From the NCBI GenBank assembly GCA_964510585.1, contig CAZECW010000173.1, positions 30,001-62,000 on the forward strand: 32,000 nt of DNA, given 5' to 3'. Shown here piece after piece: positions 28,001 to 32,000 of this stretch. The position numbers and the translations under genes were made by a program. Numbering within the stretch: position 1 is the first letter of the stretch; the number at the start of each line of letters is the position of its first letter. The notes beneath the pieces are model-generated. The model searched no databases. It saw only the letters and a list, made by a program, of their open reading frames with translations, and was not told the DNA's origin. This stretch comes from an uncultured archaeon (GTDB lineage Archaea > Asgardarchaeota > Jordiarchaeia > Jordiarchaeales > Jordiarchaeaceae).

Positions 28001-28174
28001 TTATTGGCCCCAATCCTCGCCTTCGATCTCTGCGACCTTAAGCTGCACCTTATTCTTTTCTATTGCCACCACTTCAAGCTCGGATCCGCAATCTGGGCAC
28101 TCAACAATCTCTCTTAAAACTGGGTCTTCGAGATCCAAATCGGCACCACACTCTGGACATTTACCCTTAACCAT
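28001..28174 (-). CDS. lysW: Amino-group carrier protein LysW with an atypical C-terminal EDWGQ
   Basis: Translated by hand (absent from the ORF track): MVKGKCPECGADLDLEDPVLREIVECPDCGSELEVVAIEKNKVQLKVAEIEGEDWGQ*. Two CPxC motifs; GAGGTGA SD. Confidence 0.93.
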   Translation of the reverse strand: MVKGKCPECGADLDLEDPVLREIVECPDCGSELEVVAIEKNKVQLKVAEIEGEDWGQ

Positions 28175-28518
28175 TATCCAATCACCTCTGTGATATTAAC
28201 AAGAATCTTTGAACCACTTAACCGTAAAGTGGATTTAGGTATTTTTCCAATGTTGCTAAAAATTGAGCAAAAGATTGTAAAACTAAATGAACTTTTCAAC
28301 ACTTTTTCCATTCCAACATTATATTTAATGGTATATAATTATTAATTGTGGGATAAAAAAGATTAACTTAAATAATTTTTCCCTCCCAAAAACTATTTCT
28401 ACGAAGTTCCAGATAATTGAAAACTAGCAATAAAATAATTTATTAGTAAAAAGCGATAATGATTTAAGCCATTTTTAAAAGAATATACACCTAAATGGTT
28501 TCAAGGAAGTAAAGTGCA

Positions 28519-28713
28519 ATGAAAATCAATAAGGAACTCTGTGGAATTTGCATGGCATGTGCAACCGTATGTCCCAGAAGCGCCATAAATATCACGGAAC
28601 ATGAGGCAGTAGTGGATAACCAAATTTGCAATGACTGCGGTATATGTTTAAAGGTCTGCCCTGTGGGGGCGGTGAGCATTGAAAACGGCAGTACAGCTCA
28701 GCATAGCATCTAA
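28519..28713 (+). CDS. 2x[4Fe-4S] ferredoxin
   Basis: CGICMACATVCP and CNDCGICLKVCP motifs. Confidence 0.92.
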   Translation: MKINKELCGICMACATVCPRSAINITEHEAVVDNQICNDCGICLKVCPVGAVSIENGSTAQHSI

Positions 28714-28917
28714 AAGGCATCTTCCAGCTGCCAAATCAGTTATCTAATTAATTCAAAAGCCCTAAAAGACCTGCTAAGACAACATAAATCATTTAAGCAT
28801 ATTTTACAAACTTTACAGGAACAAAAAAATAAATAATAGTAGGTATCTATTTCCAGCATCCAAAAAGGGTATCCTTTTAATACCTAATTGTTTCGGGACT
28901 ATCCATAGGTGTTATTC

Positions 28918-30138
28918 ATGAAAATCAAGACGGATTTACTGATTGTGGGAGCAGGCCCCGGCGGCACCGCTACCGCTATATCTGCCCTTAAAAAGGGAGG
29001 AAAGGTCTTAATTTTAGATCGTAAAATGCATGTAGGCATCCCGGTGCATTGCGGAGAGGCTATAGGGAAAACGGGGCCAGGAATTGCGGAAATCGAAATA
29101 CCTCGAAATGCTATCGTTAATCCCATTCGCGGATTTCGTATCTATAGCCCTAATCTGACTCGGGTGGACTACGCTAAACCTGAACCCGATGGATATATAC
29201 TTGATCGCCGTGTGTTTGACAAAGAACTCCTTGCTAAAGCTTGTGAAAATGGCGCCGAAGCCCTGTTAGGGTCAAATGTCACTCAATTAATCTACAAAGA
29301 TCAGCAAATCAGAGGAGTAGTAGCTCGAAGACTCGGAGAAAAAATCGAAATCGAAGCCCAAGTAGTCGTGGGTGCAGATGGAGTAAACAGTACAATAGCC
29401 AAACTTTCCGGTCTCAGGAAAAACATTAAACTCAAAGATATAGAAACCTGCGCCCAATACGAAATGGTTAACGTAAAAATCGATGATACAGATCTTCTTG
29501 AATTCTACTTGGGAAAACAGATATCACCTAGAGGCTATGTTTGGGTATTTCCTAAGAACGAAAAACGCGCCAACATAGGACTAGGAATCGGAGGAGGAAT
29601 GGGAGAAAAAACCGCATTAGAATATCTCCAAGACTTCATAAAACATAATCCTCGAGGAAAAGAAATCTGCAAAAACGCTAAAATTATAGAATTTCGAGTG
29701 GGAGCATTACCTATGGGAGGCCCCAATCCCAAGAACGTTTTAGACAATCTCATTCTGGTAGGAGATGCTGCAGGTCAGGTCCACCCAATTACGGGAGGCG
29801 GTATGGGTTATGCTATAGTTTGCGGAAGCATAGCTGGAGAGGTAGCAGTGGAAGCCATCACCGAGGGGGATACAAGCGAAGAAGCTCTCACACTATACGA
29901 AAAAAGATGGCGAGAAAAATATGGAAGAGAATTCGAACAAATGCTTAAACTCCAAAAACTACTTGCAGAAGCCGAAGATACTTTACTAGACAAGCTTGCC
30001 CAACTGCTCACTGGACAGAACATAGTAGAACTAACCGCCGGAAAAAAAATTGGTGTCTTTCTAAAAGCCGCGGCGAAAGGTGACCGACAGCTCCTGAATC
30101 TCCTCGATCAACTCAGACATCTACAACTAGTCCAATAA
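28918..30138 (+). CDS. Geranylgeranyl reductase family (digeranylgeranylglycerophospholipid reductase-like)
   Basis: VGAGPGG FAD motif, PVHCGE, YVWVFPK (YxWxFP) and LVGDAAGQVHPITGGGM. ATG 28918 follows AGGTG. Confidence 0.92.
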   Translation: MKIKTDLLIVGAGPGGTATAISALKKGGKVLILDRKMHVGIPVHCGEAIGKTGPGIAEIEIPRNAIVNPIRGFRIYSPNLTRVDYAKPEPDGYILDRRVFDKELLAKACENGAEALLGSNVTQLIYKDQQIRGVVARRLGEKIEIEAQVVVGADGVNSTIAKLSGLRKNIKLKDIETCAQYEMVNVKIDDTDLLEFYLGKQISPRGYVWVFPKNEKRANIGLGIGGGMGEKTALEYLQDFIKHNPRGKEICKNAKIIEFRVGALPMGGPNPKNVLDNLILVGDAAGQVHPITGGGMGYAIVCGSIAGEVAVEAITEGDTSEEALTLYEKRWREKYGREFEQMLKLQKLLAEAEDTLLDKLAQLLTGQNIVELTAGKKIGVFLKAAAKGDRQLLNLLDQLRHLQLVQ

Positions 30139-30178
30139 CCAATAAATTTTGTGAAAAATAAAAAGGGAAGTTTGAAAA

Positions 30179-30508
30179 ATGACCGTAATCACCTTTAAAG
30201 AGTTCCAAAAAATGGATTTAAGGATTGGGAAAGTATTAACTGCCGAAAAGGTACCTAATACTAAAAAACTCATCAAAATGAACGTAGACATTGGACAAGG
30301 TGAAACCAGACAAATCATAGCCGGAATGGCAGAATACTTGAAACCAGAGAACCTTACAGGCAAAAGCGTGGTCGTACTAGTCAACCTAGAACCCAAAGAA
30401 TTCATGGGGTTACAATCTAGGGGAATGATTCTAGCCGCAGATCTAAACGGCCGACCTATACTGATAACACCAGAAGAGGAAACCCCACCCGGAACGAAAA
30501 TCAGATAA
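30179..30508 (+). CDS. Stand-alone tRNA-binding OB-fold protein (Trbp111/CsaA/MetRS C-terminal-like)
   Basis: FKEFQKMDLRIGKV, RQIIAG, NLEPKEFMGLQSRGMILAA and PPGTKIR. Confidence 0.92.
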   Translation: MTVITFKEFQKMDLRIGKVLTAEKVPNTKKLIKMNVDIGQGETRQIIAGMAEYLKPENLTGKSVVVLVNLEPKEFMGLQSRGMILAADLNGRPILITPEEETPPGTKIR

Positions 30509-30722
30509 AAGTCAAAAAATACCGGAATTCTAGACATGGCTAAGAAATCGATAATTCCAAAAATAGGTTCAAGAGGTATAAAATTTTAAAAAGTAAAGGG
30601 AATTAAAGCCCGAGAAAAATTATTTTTTTATGTAAAAACGCGCCAATTTTGCGAATCTCTCAAATATAATATACAAAATAAAACGAAAAACTAAAATATT
30701 TTTGCGAAAAATACAAAAATAG

Positions 30723-30738
30723 CCGAAAAATATATAAA
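30723..30738 (+). promoter_or_regulatory. BRE-TATA promoter with no convincing downstream CDS
   Basis: CCGAAAAA-TATATAAA; the next real gene starts about 380 nt away and has its own TATA box. Confidence 0.5.
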
Positions 30739-30764
30739 GCCAAAAAAGAGATTGAATGGTAAAA

Positions 30765-31014
30765 AAAGGCAGAGCCAACGGAAATGTGCATGACTTCCCC
30801 TCCTCCCAATTTCACGCCCTCCGGGCCCGAACTTATGTTCGAGCCAGGGACTCCCCTATGTTTTATCTCCCCTCTCCCAGCATTTTTGTTATGTTGGCGA
30901 TGAAGCCTCCCCTAGTTTTCAGAGTTATTACCAGTTCCTGTTTTCCCCCTCCTGTTGCTTGTGGTGGGGGAAAGCGATTTTTAATCTGGCTAGAGCATTT
31001 CCTTGAGTCTTTTT
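30765..31014 (+). ncRNA. Candidate structured small RNA with repeated C/U-rich motifs
   Basis: GC-rich island in AT-rich intergenic DNA; three hairpins (30817-30849, 30877-30897, 30942-30973); six CUCC/CCCCU motifs; upstream promoter and T5 at 31010-31014. Boundaries approximate. Confidence 0.35.
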
Positions 31015-31066
31015 GAACTTCTGAATATTTTTGGCAACCATTTGGTTCTGTTGTTTTTCAAAAGAA

Positions 31067-31074
31067 TTATATAA
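31067..31074 (+). promoter_or_regulatory. TATA box for the TrmB-like gene
   Basis: TTATATAA preceded by A-rich AAAAGAA, 45 nt before ATG 31119. Confidence 0.45.
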
Positions 31075-31118
31075 TTTGACTGTTTTTTTTGATTTGAATA
31101 CTTCGCTGGGGTCTCTTT

Positions 31119-32000
31119 ATGGATGTCAATGAGGCTATTTTGCATTTTATGAAAAAATTTGACTTGACAGATGACGAGATTAAAGCTTACTTGGCTGTCT
31201 TGGGTGCGGGGGGTTTAGCTTTGGGTGATGTTTCTACTCTGACCGGATTACCTGTAGATGTATGTAAAACTATCTTGGATCGCCTAGTGGAATCACGTTT
31301 TGTGCGTCGAGTGCCGGGAGAGGTGGATGGTTTTGTACCTTTGAATCCTTTTTTGGCCGGGTTTTTGATTGTTTATGAGGATTTGAGTCACTTGTTAGAG
31401 GAGTTACAGAAGGTTGCAAGAACTAGGTTTGAAGAGCTTAGCAAAAAGTTAGAAGACGGTAAACTTTTATCGGTGGAGGAGCTTTCCCGTTTGACAAGTA
31501 GCCGTGTGGAAACTTTTCGGTCTTTTGTGGAGGAATTTACTAAACTCATGAGTTCTAACTTTGAGAGAAGTGCAGATGCCTTTAGGGATTTGAGTGTTTC
31601 TGTGGAGGAGGCAATCCGCTCTTTGCTTTCCACGAGTTTTGTTGATTTTAGTGATGTAGAGCGTTTTGAGGAGAGGAAGAGCTTCAGTCTTTCGGATCTT
31701 ACCTCGGAGTTTGTTTCGGGCATAGAGCAGGATATGGTGTCTTTAGAGAATCTGGCCAGCAAAACCTTTTCTGCATATACCAAGGAGATCCGTGAGCGCC
31801 TAGATATAATTAAGCTACATTTCATTACCACTTTGAACGAACACCGGTCGAAACATGAGAAGAATAGCTTGGAGTTGGATAGTAAGATTAGGACAACTGT
31901 GGATGAGAATTTGAACGTTTTGAAGAGTTTCATTGAACATTTGGAATCCGATGTGTTTGAGATACTTAAAATTATTTTGGAGATAGTAGGGGAAAAAGTG
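31119..32000 (+). CDS. TrmB-type winged-HTH protein with a long coiled-coil region (3' truncated by the window edge)
   Basis: Translated by hand, 294 codons with no stop: MDVNEAILHFMKKFDLTDDEIKAYLAVLGAGGLALGDVSTLTGLP...ILDRLVESRFVRRVPGEVDGFVPLNP, then more than 200 aa of amphipathic helix. Confidence 0.8.
   Translation, partial: MDVNEAILHFMKKFDLTDDEIKAYLAVLGAGGLALGDVSTLTGLPVDVCKTILDRLVESRFVRRVPGEVDGFVPLNPFLAGFLIVYEDLSHLLEELQKVARTRFEELSKKLEDGKLLSVEELSRLTSSRVETFRSFVEEFTKLMSSNFERSADAFRDLSVSVEEAIRSLLSTSFVDFSDVERFEERKSFSLSDLTSEFVSGIEQDMVSLENLASKTFSAYTKEIRERLDIIKLHFITTLNEHRSKHEKNSLELDSKIRTTVDENLNVLKSFIEHLESDVFEILKIILEIVGEKV

Noticed and set aside
28214-28232. CCACTT-7nt-AAGTGG inverted repeat upstream of lysW
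   Set aside because: Only 6 bp, expected by chance, and I could not match it to a known LysM/Lrp operator.
1012-30537. Many short ORF-track entries overlapping real genes (e.g. 1012-1317, 4341-4598, 5933-7574 set, 13690-14052, 17838-18644 set, 24207-24554, 30127-30537)
   Set aside because: Antisense or alternate-frame shadows of well-supported CDSs, with no motifs or SDs of their own.
30824-30851. GGGCCCG and GTTCGAG resembling tRNA acceptor and T-loop pieces, or SRP/RNase P RNA
   Set aside because: No cloverleaf can be built, and the SRP helix-8 and RNase P consensus motifs were not found.
30756-31016. 86-aa ORF over the GC-rich intergenic element
   Set aside because: Pro/Phe/Ser-rich composition simply reflects the C/T-rich DNA; no SD, and its ATG is too close to the TATA box.
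31388-31933. 181-aa ORF on the minus strand
   Set aside because: Antisense shadow of the TrmB/coiled-coil gene on +; Ser/Lys-rich with no motif.
1-32000. CRISPR arrays, IS/transposases, integrases, rRNA/tRNA genes, selenoprotein or SECIS signals
   Set aside because: No regularly spaced direct repeats, terminal inverted repeats, recombinase motifs, RNA-gene consensus or in-frame TGA at a catalytic Cys position were seen by eye; Infernal and CRISPR scans would be needed to exclude them formally.

Overview
Archaeal chromosomal window, AT-rich and gene-dense, with BRE/TATA promoters and GGTGA/GGAGG Shine-Dalgarno motifs. A longin-like protein and a tandem Roadblock protein suggest an Asgard archaeon (inference, not verified). 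Housekeeping content: aspartokinase, purM, an AzgA/NCS2-like permease, ribose-1,5-bisphosphate isomerase, an Lrp regulator, a LysW-carrier operon (lysW-X-Y-Z-J-K, lysW missing from the ORF track), ferredoxin plus geranylgeranyl reductase, a stand-alone tRNA-binding domain, and a truncated TrmB-HTH/coiled-coil gene at the right edge. No CRISPR array, tRNA, rRNA or mobile element was found. Most notable observations: (1) the LysW carrier ends in EDWGQ instead of EDWGE, and its LysX has an altered substrate loop; (2) a promoter-flanked, hairpin-rich intergenic RNA candidate with six anti-SD-like C/U motifs, including CCUCCUCCC; (3) an SD-led, Met-rich 11-aa leader ORF with an inverted repeat ahead of aspartokinase; (4) a membrane-anchored subtilase whose cytoplasmic tail has PPxY and YxxPhi motifs; (5) a HesB-like gene split at a T8 tract; (6) strong kilobase-scale swings in G+T versus A+C skew that do not follow gene strand.
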